64,000 nucleotides of DNA from Bradymonadales bacterium (GTDB lineage: Bacteria > Myxococcota_A > Bradymonadia > JAFGEP01): positions 917 to 64,916 of the forward strand of contig JAFGEP010000157.1 in the NCBI GenBank assembly GCA_016931535.1, in the 5' to 3' direction. A model generated the notes under the pieces. It was not told where the DNA came from. It saw only the letters and a program-made list of their open reading frames with translations, and made no database searches. Positions 37,061-47,500 of the stretch are shown here, one piece after another (position 1 is the first letter of the stretch; every line of letters starts with the position of its first letter). The position numbers and the translations under genes were made by a program.

Positions 37061-38122
37061 TCAGAGGGATGGTGAACCGTCCGGATGTCGCAGGTTGCGG
37101 ATGAGAAAGAAGAAGAACAGGGGGACGCCGACAAAGGCGGTGACGACCCCCACGGGGAGAGCGGTCTGAGCCAGGGGGAATGCCAGTCGGCTGAGCAGGT
37201 CGGCCAGCACGAGGAACGCGGCGCCTCCCAGCCAAGAGGCGGGAACCAGCAGGCGGTTGTCGGCCCCCAACCAGAGTCGAAGCGCGTGGGGGACCACCAG
37301 GCCGACAAAGCCGATCATTCCGCTGACGGCGACAGCACCACCCACGGCCAGTGAGGCGCAGGCGAAGAGGGCGAAGCGGGTGGCGGAGGTCCTGACGCCA
37401 AGTGCCATGGCGGTGTCGTCCCCCAAGGCCAGCAGGTTGAGCTGGCGGGCGCTGGCCACCAGGAAGGAGGATCCCAGCAGCATGCAGGAGGCCGCCGTCC
37501 AGAACTCGCGGCTCAGGCCGCCAGGGGCCGAAAGGCTGCCCATCAGCCAGAAGAGCAGCCGCTGGGAGTCGATCGGGCTCATGAAGGCCTGGAGGAGCAG
37601 GACGAAGGCCATGGCGAAGGCGTTGAAGACCACACCGGTCAGCAGCAAGGTGTAGGAGAGGTAGCGGCCGCCGGTGCCGGCGGGCAACAGCGCGGCGACC
37701 AGGTAGATGACGGCCACGGCACCCAGCGCGCCGACGAAGGCGGAGGTGAACAGCGTGGACAGGCCGGCTAAAGTGCCCGCCAGCCCCAGGGCGTTGGCCA
37801 CGGCCACACCAACCGAGGCGCCACCGGACACGCCCAGGATGTAGGGATCGGCCAGCGGATTCTTCAGCATGGCCTGAAAAGCGGCTCCCACCGCCGCCAG
37901 CGTTCCTCCCACCAGGCTGGCCAGCAGCACCCGAGGCAGCCGGACATGGACCAGGATCGTCTCGTCCGCATCGAGGGTGGTGCTGTCCAACCAACCGGCC
38001 AGGGCGCGGCGGAGGTCGATCGGGCTGCTGCCCAATACCAGCCCCAAAAACATGGCGATCAGCAGCAAACCGGCCAACAATGACAGGGAGCGGGCCATGT
38101 GCCGGGCGGTCAGGGCGCTCAT
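37061..38122 (-). CDS. btuC: FecCD-family ABC permease (cobalamin / iron-siderophore type, BtuC-like)
   Basis: About 9 hydrophobic segments. FecCD signatures (LLLTGVVFNAFAMAF, GFVGLVVPH). Start ATG overlaps the stop of the upstream binding-protein gene. The longer ORF N-terminus is Pro/Arg junk. Confidence 0.75.
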   Translation of the reverse strand: MSALTARHMARSLSLLAGLLLIAMFLGLVLGSSPIDLRRALAGWLDSTTLDADETILVHVRLPRVLLASLVGGTLAAVGAAFQAMLKNPLADPYILGVSGGASVGVAVANALGLAGTLAGLSTLFTSAFVGALGAVAVIYLVAALLPAGTGGRYLSYTLLLTGVVFNAFAMAFVLLLQAFMSPIDSQRLLFWLMGSLSAPGGLSREFWTAASCMLLGSSFLVASARQLNLLALGDDTAMALGVRTSATRFALFACASLAVGGAVAVSGMIGFVGLVVPHALRLWLGADNRLLVPASWLGGAAFLVLADLLSRLAFPLAQTALPVGVVTAFVGVPLFFFFLIRNLRHPDGSPSL

Positions 38123-39069
38123 TCGGAGGGCTCCACCTGGAGATGAGGATGAAGAAAATGGGCCATCTCGTAAGCCGCTTGGAGGATACCCGGGCCCGGG
38201 CGGGACAGGCCGGGGGCGGTTACCTGGTGGATGCGGCCGCGGCGAACCGCCGGCAGGGTCTGCAACGGTCGCAGCCGGTCCACCAGGGTGGGGTAGTCTA
38301 CCTCGTGGGTGATCAGGATGACCTCGGGGGCGAGGTGGAGTAGCTGCTCGGTATCGAGCTGCACCCAGGCTCCAAAGTCGAGGACGTTTTCTCCACCAGC
38401 CGCCTCCAGTAAAGGCTGGGCGAAGGTACGGGGTCCGGCGCCGCAAAGGGGTTGGCTGTGGACCAAGAGGAGGACCGTAGGGTGAGGTTGCTGGCGGGTC
38501 AGGTCCGCCAGTTGGCGGAGCGAGCGCTGCAGGTGGTCGACCAGCAAGCGGGCGGTCTGGGGTGTGCCCAGCACCTCACCCAGACGGAGGATGTCGGAAA
38601 AGAGAGGGTCCAGGCCGGTGTCATCGACCAGGAAGCTGGGAGTCCCGATCTGCTCCAGGGTGTCCAGAAAGGGAAGACCGCGTTGAGCGGCGGTACCCAG
38701 CACCAGGTCTGGCCGGAGGGAGAGCATGACTTCCAGATCGGGGTTGAGGCCGCTACCCACCCGGGGCAGGTCGGGGAGGGATGAGGGAAGGTCGCAAAAC
38801 CGGCTGATCGCCACCAGTCGGTCCTGGGCTCCGAGGGCGAGGAGGATCTCGGTGGTGCTGGGCATGGTCGAGACGATGCGGGCCGGCGGGTGAGCCCGCG
38901 TGTTGGCGGCCGTGGTGGATGGGGAGGTACCGGCACCCTCTGGCTGGCAGGCGGAAATGGTTGGGAAAGCCAGAATTGCGCAGAGCAGCGCGGCGGTATA
39001 GAAAGAGGCTGCGGTTTTCCATACACTGGAAAGGGAACGGGGACGAGTCGGGAAGGATAGCCGGATCAT
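38119..39069 (-). CDS. ABC transporter periplasmic substrate-binding lipoprotein (BtuF / siderophore-binding type)
   Basis: Lipobox AFPTISAC. Class-III periplasmic-binding-protein pattern (RIVSTMPSTTEILLALG, VILITHEVDYPTLVDRLRPLQTLPAVRRGRIHQV). Confidence 0.65.
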   Translation of the reverse strand: MIRLSFPTRPRSLSSVWKTAASFYTAALLCAILAFPTISACQPEGAGTSPSTTAANTRAHPPARIVSTMPSTTEILLALGAQDRLVAISRFCDLPSSLPDLPRVGSGLNPDLEVMLSLRPDLVLGTAAQRGLPFLDTLEQIGTPSFLVDDTGLDPLFSDILRLGEVLGTPQTARLLVDHLQRSLRQLADLTRQQPHPTVLLLVHSQPLCGAGPRTFAQPLLEAAGGENVLDFGAWVQLDTEQLLHLAPEVILITHEVDYPTLVDRLRPLQTLPAVRRGRIHQVTAPGLSRPGPGILQAAYEMAHFLHPHLQVEPSE

Positions 39070-40168
39070 GACGGTCAAACGGGTGGAAGCACCAGAGGAG
39101 TTCGACGCGGAGCTGGACGAGCTCGAGAAGAAGATCGAACGCCTGCGCATCCTATACGAGCAGTATTTTCTAGGCATCGAAAAGCTGCCACCCTACAGCC
39201 TCCAGCAGGAGGTGGTGCGGATCTTCCACCAGTTCAGCACCTATCACATTCGCAAGACCAATCACAAGTTCCGTTACCAGGCACTGACCCAACGGTTCAA
39301 CGTCCACCGAGCCTACTGGCAACGGACCGTTCGGGCCATCGAGGAGGGGACCTACCAGCGGCACCGGTGGCGGGTGGAACGCCGGGAGCTGGCCCGTACC
39401 GGCGAGCTGATCGACAATGAAGAGCTGTCCAAGCGCAAGATCCTGGCGGAGCTGAAGGGAGATGAGGCGGTAGAGGAGCGCCGCCGGCGGATGCTACAGG
39501 CGGCGAACGAGGAGCTGGTGGCGCTGGGCTCGAACGGAGCGTTGCCTCAGCCAGCCCTGCTGCGCGGGATCGAGAGGCGGCTCAGGCGGCGCAAGAAACG
39601 GCTGAGGGCGCTGGAGGGGATCAGCGGGGTCCCCCTGGACGAGCTTCGGCGACGGGCGGAGGAGGCCAGGTCGGAACAGGAGACCTCGGGACAACCCTCC
39701 CTTCCAGGAGGGGATGTGGGGGCCGACCCATCGGCGACGCCGGTCGAACCGGCGGCCGGGCCTGCATTCGGGCCGGTCTTGCCAGCGGCAGGGGGGCCTG
39801 CGAGGCCGGGTCTGCTCGAGTTTCCCAAGCTGAGGGTGGCACTGGGCGGACAGGGCGATCCGGGACCGAGGATTCCGGTTCTGGGGCGCCAGGCAGTCCG
39901 ACCGCCGGTCGCTCCAACCAGCCATGGTGTCGATCGGACCTTGGCGGAGGCCGGGATCTCGAAGGAACGGGCCCAGCAGATCTACGACCAGTTCCTTGCG
40001 GCCAGACAGAAGAGCGGCCAGTCGGTGGAGCACATGACGTTCGATCGACTGGCGGAGTCGATGGCCCGGCAGGTGGTGAAGGCCCGGCAGACGCTGGGAG
40101 TGGAGCAGGTGGACTTCAACGTGGTCAGCAAGGAGGACAAGATCTTCCTCAAACCTGTGCCGAAGTGA
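39068..40168 (+). CDS. Hypothetical protein (charged, helical, Arg-rich N-terminal half; conserved-looking C-terminal ~90 aa)
   Basis: 366 aa. Its ATG at 39068-39070 overlaps the ATG of the divergent binding-protein gene (complement of 39067-39069). Its stop overlaps the GTG start of the ABC ATPase gene. Confidence 0.5.
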   Translation: MTVKRVEAPEEFDAELDELEKKIERLRILYEQYFLGIEKLPPYSLQQEVVRIFHQFSTYHIRKTNHKFRYQALTQRFNVHRAYWQRTVRAIEEGTYQRHRWRVERRELARTGELIDNEELSKRKILAELKGDEAVEERRRRMLQAANEELVALGSNGALPQPALLRGIERRLRRRKKRLRALEGISGVPLDELRRRAEEARSEQETSGQPSLPGGDVGADPSATPVEPAAGPAFGPVLPAAGGPARPGLLEFPKLRVALGGQGDPGPRIPVLGRQAVRPPVAPTSHGVDRTLAEAGISKERAQQIYDQFLAARQKSGQSVEHMTFDRLAESMARQVVKARQTLGVEQVDFNVVSKEDKIFLKPVPK

Positions 40169-40980
40169 AGCGGTCGACCTCTCCTCCACCAAGTGCATCC
40201 CCGGACAATCTCAGGGCGCTCGACATCGAGGTTCACCTGGGTCAACGTGCGGTGCTCAAGGCGGTGACCCTGGAGCTCGATCCGGGTGAGCGGGTGGCGG
40301 TGGTCGGTCCCAACGGGTGTGGCAAGACGACGCTGCTGCGGGCGTTGGCCGGGCTGGTTCCCTTACGCAGGGGCGAGGTCGAGATGGAAGGGGCCAATCT
40401 CCGGCGGATCGGTCGACGAGCGACCGCCCGGAAGATCGCCTACATGCCGCAGCAGTGGTCGGCCGCCTTTCCTTTGACCTGTCTGGAGACGGTGCTGTTG
40501 GGGCGGAGTCCGCACAAGCGCTGGCTGGGTCTGGCCGACGAGAGCGATGTGCGCTTGGCGCAGGAGGTCATGGAGCGATTGGAGGTGTGGTCTCTGGCCG
40601 ACAGGCCGATCACCTCGGTGAGTGGCGGGGAGTTGCAGCGATGCCTGTTTGCTCGGACCCTGGTGCAGCAGGGTCGGTTCTTGCTGTTGGATGAGCCCAC
40701 CAGCGCTCAAGATCCGAAGGGTAGCCTGGCTGTCATGGAGATGCTGAGAACCAAGGGGGATGAGGGGGTGGGCATCCTGGCGGCGGTACACGACTTGAAC
40801 CTGGCACTCTGGTTTTTCGATCGCCTGGTCGTCCTGAAGGGGGGGAATGTCATCGGAGAGGGTCTGCCGGAGTCGGTTCTGGCGCGCGGAGTACTGGAGG
40901 AGGCGTTCGATGTGCCTCTGGCGCGAGTGGGAGAGGAGGGACGTGCCTTGGTGGTGGCCGGTTTTCGGCCGGTGGAGTGA
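40165..40980 (+). CDS. ABC transporter ATP-binding protein (FepC/BtuD-type)
   Basis: Walker A (GPNGCGKTT), ABC signature (VSGGELQRC), Walker B (LLLDEPTSAQD), H-loop (AVHDLNLA). Confidence 0.85.
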   Translation: MKRSTSPPPSASPDNLRALDIEVHLGQRAVLKAVTLELDPGERVAVVGPNGCGKTTLLRALAGLVPLRRGEVEMEGANLRRIGRRATARKIAYMPQQWSAAFPLTCLETVLLGRSPHKRWLGLADESDVRLAQEVMERLEVWSLADRPITSVSGGELQRCLFARTLVQQGRFLLLDEPTSAQDPKGSLAVMEMLRTKGDEGVGILAAVHDLNLALWFFDRLVVLKGGNVIGEGLPESVLARGVLEEAFDVPLARVGEEGRALVVAGFRPVE

Positions 40981-40995
40981 GGGGGTTTGACGGGC

Positions 40996-42018
40996 ATGGG
41001 ACATCGAGTGGGCCATCTGCTGGTGACCGGAGGGGCCGGATACCTGGGATCCCACGTAGTGCTGAGGCTGCAGCGGTCCGGCTTCAGGGTGACTGTGGTG
41101 GACGATCTCTCCAGCGGGGGGGGGGCCGGCGAAAGGCCAGGCGATCCGTTTGTGCGGATGGATGTCCGGGACCGAGCGGCGATGGCGGCCCTGTTGTCCC
41201 GGCTGAAACCGGAGGCGGTGATCCACCTGGCGGGGCGGCATCGACTGGACGTCTCATTCGAGGAGCCGGAGGTATGTGCCGAGGTCAACCTGGGGGGCAC
41301 CGCCTGCCTGCTGTCGGCCATGCGGGAGGCGGGAGCGAGCAGGCTGATCTTGGCTTCCGGTCTGTGCGTGTACGGATGTCCGCCCTCAGGAAGGGTGGCT
41401 GAGGGATCTCCCCGGATGCCGAGCTCACCGCTGGGTCGGGTGATGGTGGCGGTCGAGCAGCTGCTGGAGGATGCCGGCCAGGCCTTCGGGCTCAAGTCGG
41501 TAATCCTGCGGGTGGCCCATCTGGCGGGAGCGGAGGAGGAACTTGCTCAGCGCGAAGGGTGCGAGTGTTGGGGAGGGGTGGTGGGACGACTGGCTCGGGC
41601 GGCGGTGCGAGGCGATCGGGCCAGGCCGTTTGTTGTGCCCTGTGCCGGAGATCAAGGACAATGGAACCGACCTCAGGCGCTGGATCTGCTGCACGTGAGC
41701 GATGCTGCGGCGGCGTTTGAGGCGGTCCTGGCCAGGTTGAGGGCTGGCAGCCACCTGCCGGTGGCCTTCAATGTGGCCAGCGGAAAGGCGATCTCCCTGG
41801 TGGAGCTGGTGGAGATGGCTCGGGAGTTGAGCGGCCTGCCGGTGCCAGCCGTTCGTGGCCCGTTGGGTCGGGGGGAGGCGGAAAGTCTGGAAGCGGACAG
41901 CCGGTTGCTGACGGAACGTACCGGATGGAGCCCAAAGCGGTCCTGGGCCAGAGAGATCCTCGCCTCGGCGCTGGAATGGGAGAGACGGGGGGTCCACAAG
42001 GCGCCTGTCGGCAGCTGA
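40996..42018 (+). CDS. NAD-dependent epimerase/dehydratase (SDR family, GalE-like)
   Basis: VTGGAGYLGSHVV Rossmann motif. Overall extended-SDR architecture. Confidence 0.7.
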   Translation: MGHRVGHLLVTGGAGYLGSHVVLRLQRSGFRVTVVDDLSSGGGAGERPGDPFVRMDVRDRAAMAALLSRLKPEAVIHLAGRHRLDVSFEEPEVCAEVNLGGTACLLSAMREAGASRLILASGLCVYGCPPSGRVAEGSPRMPSSPLGRVMVAVEQLLEDAGQAFGLKSVILRVAHLAGAEEELAQREGCECWGGVVGRLARAAVRGDRARPFVVPCAGDQGQWNRPQALDLLHVSDAAAAFEAVLARLRAGSHLPVAFNVASGKAISLVELVEMARELSGLPVPAVRGPLGRGEAESLEADSRLLTERTGWSPKRSWAREILASALEWERRGVHKAPVGS

Positions 42019-42033
42019 CGGAGGAGGATCCGG

Positions 42034-42888
42034 TTGTACCCTTGTTTTTTCGTGTCGGATCTGCACGGCCACCTGGATCGGTACGACAAGCTGCTGCATG
42101 CGGTACGGGTGGAAAAGCCCCGTGCGGTGCTGCTGGGGGGAGACCTGTTACCCTCCGCTTTGGCGTGGGCCAAGGGGGCAGATGCCGATTTCCTCCACGA
42201 CTGGCTGGCGGTCCGGCTGGGCCTGTTGTCGGAGGAGATGGGGGAGGAGTATCCCCGGATTCTGGTCATCCTGGGCAACGACGATCCGCGGGTGGAAGAG
42301 GAGGGTGTGCTGCAGATCGCGGCTCGAGGTCTTTGCGAATATGTACACGAACGCAAGGTTCCGCTGGGCGGGTTCGATCTCTACGGTTACGCCTACGTCC
42401 CGCCGAGCCCCTACTTGTTGAAGGACTGGGAGCGCTACGACGTCTCGCGTTACGTGGATGTGGGGTGCGTCTCGCCGGAGGAGGGGATGAGGACGGTCGC
42501 CATGTCAGCCGCCGAGATGCGCTTTTCTACCATTCGCGATGACCTGGACCGGCTGGTGGGGGAAGCAGCGCTCGATCGGGCCGTCCTGCTGTTCCATGCT
42601 CCGCCCTACCAGAGCAAGCTGGATCGGGCGGCGTTGGATGGAAGGTCGGTGGATGGCGTGGAGATGGACGTCCATGTGGGGAGTATCGCCATTCGCCGTT
42701 TCATCGAGGCGCGCCAGCCCGCGATCACCCTGCACGGCCACGTGCACGAGTCGGCCAGGCTCACCGGTTCCTGGCGTGACCGGATCGGCCGGACCCACCT
42801 GTTTTCTGGGGCTCACGATGGTCCCGAGCTGGCCCTGGTACGGTTCGATCCCGAACGGCCGGGGGAGGCGAACAGAGAGCTGCTCTAG
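42034..42888 (+). CDS. Metallophosphoesterase (calcineurin-like)
   Basis: FFVSDLHGHLD, LGGDLLP and HGHVHE metal-ligand motifs. Confidence 0.65.
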   Translation: MYPCFFVSDLHGHLDRYDKLLHAVRVEKPRAVLLGGDLLPSALAWAKGADADFLHDWLAVRLGLLSEEMGEEYPRILVILGNDDPRVEEEGVLQIAARGLCEYVHERKVPLGGFDLYGYAYVPPSPYLLKDWERYDVSRYVDVGCVSPEEGMRTVAMSAAEMRFSTIRDDLDRLVGEAALDRAVLLFHAPPYQSKLDRAALDGRSVDGVEMDVHVGSIAIRRFIEARQPAITLHGHVHESARLTGSWRDRIGRTHLFSGAHDGPELALVRFDPERPGEANRELL

Positions 42889-42903
42889 TCCATCAAGCCC
42901 GCT

Positions 42904-44481
42904 TCACGGTAAAAAGAGTGGGCCGAAGGTCAGGTCATCGATGGTGAGATCGGGATCGCTCAGGTATCCGCCAGCCGGTCGGACATCGAGCGAGCCGATG
43001 GGGGTATCGGAGGAAACCTGGATGAAGTCGGTGCCGGCGGAGTCGGTGGTTCGCGTGGCGAGCAGCTCGCCGGCGGTATCGAAGAAGTCCACCGAGAGGC
43101 CTCCTGGCCAGGTTTGGCCGAGGTAGAGCTCGACCGATCGGGTAGCGGCCTGGGTCGGGTCCCCGGGTCCGGGCATGAGGAAGGTGGCGCGCACGTTGCC
43201 CAACCAGTAGCCGCTGCCCGAGGCGGGATTGTTGTCCTTGGTCGCACAGGAGTTGCCCTCCGAGCGGGAGCGGAGCTCGTAGGGGTTGGTGCAGACGACG
43301 GCATCGGATCGGTCGGTTGAGAAGCGCACGCCGGCGGCGAGGTAGAGCTCCTGGACGTCGAGGTCGACCGCGAGGCTGTTGCCATCGAGGTCGGTGTCGA
43401 AGTCGATCTGGCCACCGCATAAGCCGTTGCCGCCATCGGCAAAGGTGCAGGCGTAGGTCAAGGGGCAATGGCTGTTGTCGCAGCAGTAGTCGCCGGTGAC
43501 CTCCGAGGTGCACTGGCCGGTCTGGCAGGCGTGACCCTGGGCGCAGTCGCACAGGTTTTCACAGCTGTTTCCGCCGCAGGCGTTGGGTTGGGGGGTGTCG
43601 GGGCGATGCGTGATCTCCTCCAGCGGACGAAGGGAGCGGGCTGGGTAGTTCAGGCAGGCGACGTTCCAGTAGTACCCGACATCGGGGAACTGGGTGGGAT
43701 CGACGGTGAGGGTTTCTGCGAGGTCGTCGTCGAAGTAGATGCGGACCTCGGCGTTGACGGGGGTAGACATCATTCCGCTCCGGGAGGCGTAGTAGACCAG
43801 GATCCGGTAGGGCTCGTCGGTTGGCTGGGGGAGCAGGACGGTCTCGGGGGCGGCGCTTCCCTGGTGGACATCACCGGAATGGAGGGGGTTGTCGGACAGG
43901 GAGTGGGGGTTCGACCACTCGGGGTTGAGGTTGTTCCAATAGCAATCGTTGGGATCGAGGGTCTGGGAGCCCAGCACGCCGTCTTTGTTGAGGAAGTGGA
44001 GGTCCAGGTCGGCTGCGGTAGCGTCCCAGCTCAGCTCGATGCGGATGCCCAGATCGACGTCTTCGCAGACGCTGTCCTCGTCGGTCCAGCCGTCGCAGTC
44101 GTTGTCTCGTCCGTCGCAGATCTCCGGGAGGTCGTCGCAAGGGGGGGGCGAATCGGGGTCGGTGCCGGCGTCGGGTGGGGGTTGGGTGTCGGTCTCGGTC
44201 GAGGTGTCGGGTGGCAGCAGGTCGGCGGTGAGATCGGCGGGATCCATGGGCGTATCGCGGCCGAGGTCGCCTGGTTCGGCTTGATCTGAGGGAAGTTCTT
44301 GGCCGGTGTCCGTGGGGGAGGTGGCGTCGAGTCTGACCACGCAGATGTTCCCGATGCATTCTTGATCGCCGGGGCAATCGCTGGTCTGTGAGCAGCGGGC
44401 AGAGTAGCTCTCGGTTTTGCATGCCGTGGCGATGGATCCCAAAAGCAGGCAGGCGGCGAGCCAGGTGAGAAGCGATCTCAT
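42904..44481 (-). CDS. Cys-rich lipoprotein with MopE-like motif and shared C-terminal domain (paralog of the 5308..6789 product)
   Basis: GGAGG RBS. Signal peptide MRSLLTWLAACLLLGSIATAC. CDGRDNDCDGWTDEDSVC motif. IRIELSWDATAADLDLHFLNKDG...DCYWNN matches IELTWYLEE...DLDLHLRR...DNCYWDNC in the other protein. Confidence 0.55.
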   Translation of the reverse strand: MRSLLTWLAACLLLGSIATACKTESYSARCSQTSDCPGDQECIGNICVVRLDATSPTDTGQELPSDQAEPGDLGRDTPMDPADLTADLLPPDTSTETDTQPPPDAGTDPDSPPPCDDLPEICDGRDNDCDGWTDEDSVCEDVDLGIRIELSWDATAADLDLHFLNKDGVLGSQTLDPNDCYWNNLNPEWSNPHSLSDNPLHSGDVHQGSAAPETVLLPQPTDEPYRILVYYASRSGMMSTPVNAEVRIYFDDDLAETLTVDPTQFPDVGYYWNVACLNYPARSLRPLEEITHRPDTPQPNACGGNSCENLCDCAQGHACQTGQCTSEVTGDYCCDNSHCPLTYACTFADGGNGLCGGQIDFDTDLDGNSLAVDLDVQELYLAAGVRFSTDRSDAVVCTNPYELRSRSEGNSCATKDNNPASGSGYWLGNVRATFLMPGPGDPTQAATRSVELYLGQTWPGGLSVDFFDTAGELLATRTTDSAGTDFIQVSSDTPIGSLDVRPAGGYLSDPDLTIDDLTFGPLFLP

Positions 44482-44561
44482 GGGAAAACCTCCGTTTCGA
44501 CCCGATACCATGGTAGTCAAAAGCATGTCCGGTGTACACAGTGGCACCGGTTGGGGTCGGT

Positions 44562-47500
44562 TTACACCGGGACAGGCGGTTCTCCCTTGAGCGCCAACCT
44601 GCGGGCGGGGTCGGTGATGGCGTTGATCTTGACGGCGAAGCTGGTGCGCTTGGCGATGTCCTGGTCGGTGACCAGGTGGATATCGAGGAGGCCGTTGGTG
44701 CGGTATCCGGTTTTGAGGTAGTTCACCTCGGAGAGGCAGAGGCTCCAGCCTTCGAGCCAGTCGAGCAGCGCCTGGCGTTGTGCAGGGGTGCTGCGGATGT
44801 GGAGGAGGAGATCGATGTCGCTGCCGGGTCCTGCGCTGGCGTTCTTGGTGCTGCCGAACAGGTAGAGCGCCTGGACGCCGAAACGGGCGGGGTCAAGGTC
44901 GGAGGCGACCTGGGCAGCCATTTTCCATCGCCATCGCCAGTGCTCGTCGGCGTGATGCTGGGTGCCGCTCTGGTACTCGGGGATGTGGTCTTTTCGCTCG
45001 CCGGGGCTGGTGAGGAAGCCGATGGCCTCCTCCAGGTCGGCGTTCATCAAGATGCGCAGGATGCGGTCGCCGGTGGTGGCGGGGATATCGACGACCCGGA
45101 TGGTGTCGGCCAGCGAGGCGAATTCGGGGAGGATCTTGGGGAGCAGGTTCGGTGCGCCGCGCAGGAGCCGTTCGTTGAAGAAGATGCCTGGGTTATCGGG
45201 GTAGAGGGGGAGGTATCGGATGGAGGATTCGACCAGGTCCTGGAAGAAGTGGGTGCCGAAGGAGAGATCGGGCACGTAGTTGCCTTTTTTTCGGGCGATT
45301 TCGACCAGCATGGCGGTGTTGTTGATGTCGGAGTAGGTGACGGAGACTCCCAGCTTGATGTCGCCACGGCTGCCCCAGCGACCCGGTCCCATCAGGATGA
45401 ACTGGCGCTTGGGGAGGAGGGTGTTGAGGCGACTGATGGCTCGACCCACGGAGAGCATCTCCTGCCGACTGGGGAGATCGCCATAGCGCATGGGATCGAC
45501 GTAGACCACGTGGGTGATATCCGGGATCCAGCCGTTGGATACGTGCTGATTGGCGGTGAAGACGATGTCCTGGGGGTGGATGTCCTTGGGGATAGGGGCG
45601 GGGGTGTCGCCTTGGGAGACGTACTGGGGCCGGCACTGCAGGAGGTAGAAGTCGGTTCCGTCGTGGGCGAACTCGATGTCGACGGGGTGACCCAGGGCTT
45701 CCTGGAGGACCTTCAAGATGGAGCCGGTCTTCTGAACGAAGTGGGAGTTGGTGATGAGTCCGTCGAAGGTGGCCACGGCCTGGTCGGTCTCGGGGTCGAA
45801 CAGGAGGGCCAGGGGTCGTGTGAGGTGGTTGTCGCGCAGGAGGGAGAAGATGGACTCGAAGGCGGGGAATTCGGATCCGACCTCGAGCAGGAGGTCTTGG
45901 ATGGCGAGGGTCTGGAAGGAGCCGGTCTGGAGGTTGATCACGTCGATCTGTCGAGGGCAGTATCGCAGGAGCTCTTCGATGCTGACGTTGACGCGGAGGT
46001 TGGGTTGTCCTGGGACGGCCAGGATGGGGTAGTCATCGCCCAGGCGATCCACAGCGCGTGTTCCGAGCCCTGGCACCAGGCGGATGAGGCCGTCTTCGCG
46101 CTTGATTCTGGGCGACCAGCGGAACTCGTTGTTGCTGAAGGCGACGCCGGCGAAAGCGGGCAGGAAGTAACGACCGACGCGGGTTCCGACGACCTCCTGG
46201 AGGAGGACCCCCATCTCCTCGTCGAAGTCGAGCAGGCCGTGTTGGCGGCGATACTCGATGGGGTCGGGGGAGAAGATGGAGGCGTAGATCTCGGCGATGG
46301 CGTCGAGCAGGGCGGAGAGGCGTTCCTGGAGGGCCCCCTGGTTGGCGAGGAAGAGGCTCTTGTATTTGCCGGAGAAGGCGGTGCCGAAGCGATCTTCGAG
46401 GAGACTGGAGCTGCGGACGATGATGGGGACGTCCCCCAGGTCGGAGATGGCGAGGGAGAGCCCTCGGACCAGATCGGGGGGGAAGCAGGAGTTTTTGAAC
46501 AGCTGGACGATGTTGGGGTAGTCCTGTCGTATCTGTTCGACCTCTTTGTACTTGTGCTCGAACATCTCCTCCAGGTCGTTGTAGACGATGAAGTCCTTGA
46601 TACCGCTGGAGGCGACGTACCAGGTGCTGGGGATCTTGAAGGGGGGGAGTTGAGGTTCCTGGCCCTTGGCTTTTTCGAGGATGCGGGCGGCCAGAAACAG
46701 GCCGGCGCCTTTGCCGCCCAGCTTGCCCTGTCCCTCGGGGGTGGAGACGAGGTGATCGAGCAGGGGGGCGAAGTCTCGGACATCGAGGTACTCTTTGGCG
46801 ACCACGATGAAGTCGATCTGCTCGGTGAGGATGCGGCGGGTGAGAGAGACGCGCAGGCCGTTGGAGATGTGCTGGGAGAGCGATTCGCTTTCGGCGACCA
46901 TGGCCCGAAACCGCCTGAGGGCGTCCGCCACGTCGGGAAGGGGGGCGTGCATGTTGTTGAGGACCTTGAGGATGGCGCCCAGGTTGTCTTCCTGGAACCA
47001 ACGCTGCACGCGGGAGAGGATCTCTTCGTCGGTCAGGTATTTCGATGCCAGCTCGAAGGGGTGATCGCTGGCCAGCCATTCGTTGTCTACGGCCCGTTTG
47101 CGGCCGGGGTAGTTGACCTCGCCGCTGTTTTCGGCAGAGCCGATGGGGCAGGGGTCCCATTCGAGGAGACGTTGTTGGGCCTCCTCGATGCCGATTCCGC
47201 AGAGGTAGTTGAGCAGTTTGCGGGCGATTCGGACATAGAGGGAGCGGTCCGACTGACGGAGCAGGCGCAAGGGGCCTCGCCATTCGCCGCGCCGGTCGGG
47301 GGAAGGGGCCTTGTGGACCTGTTCCAGCTCCTGGCGGGCACTTTTCATTTGCAGGTACAGGGCGAACTGGCCGAGCCGTCTGGCGACGGATTGGAGGAGC
47401 TGCTCTTCCTCTTTGAGGAAGGGCCCGACATCGGCGGTTGGCCGGGATTCGGTGTAGTAGACGGTCAACCGGCCGAGGACCTGGTTGTGTACCAGGATGT

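Noticed and set aside
38900-39400. Cobalamin riboswitch upstream of the btuF-like gene
   Set aside because: The start codons of the divergent genes overlap, so there is no untranslated leader. I saw no B12-box (rAGYCMGgAgaCCkGCcd-like) sequence.
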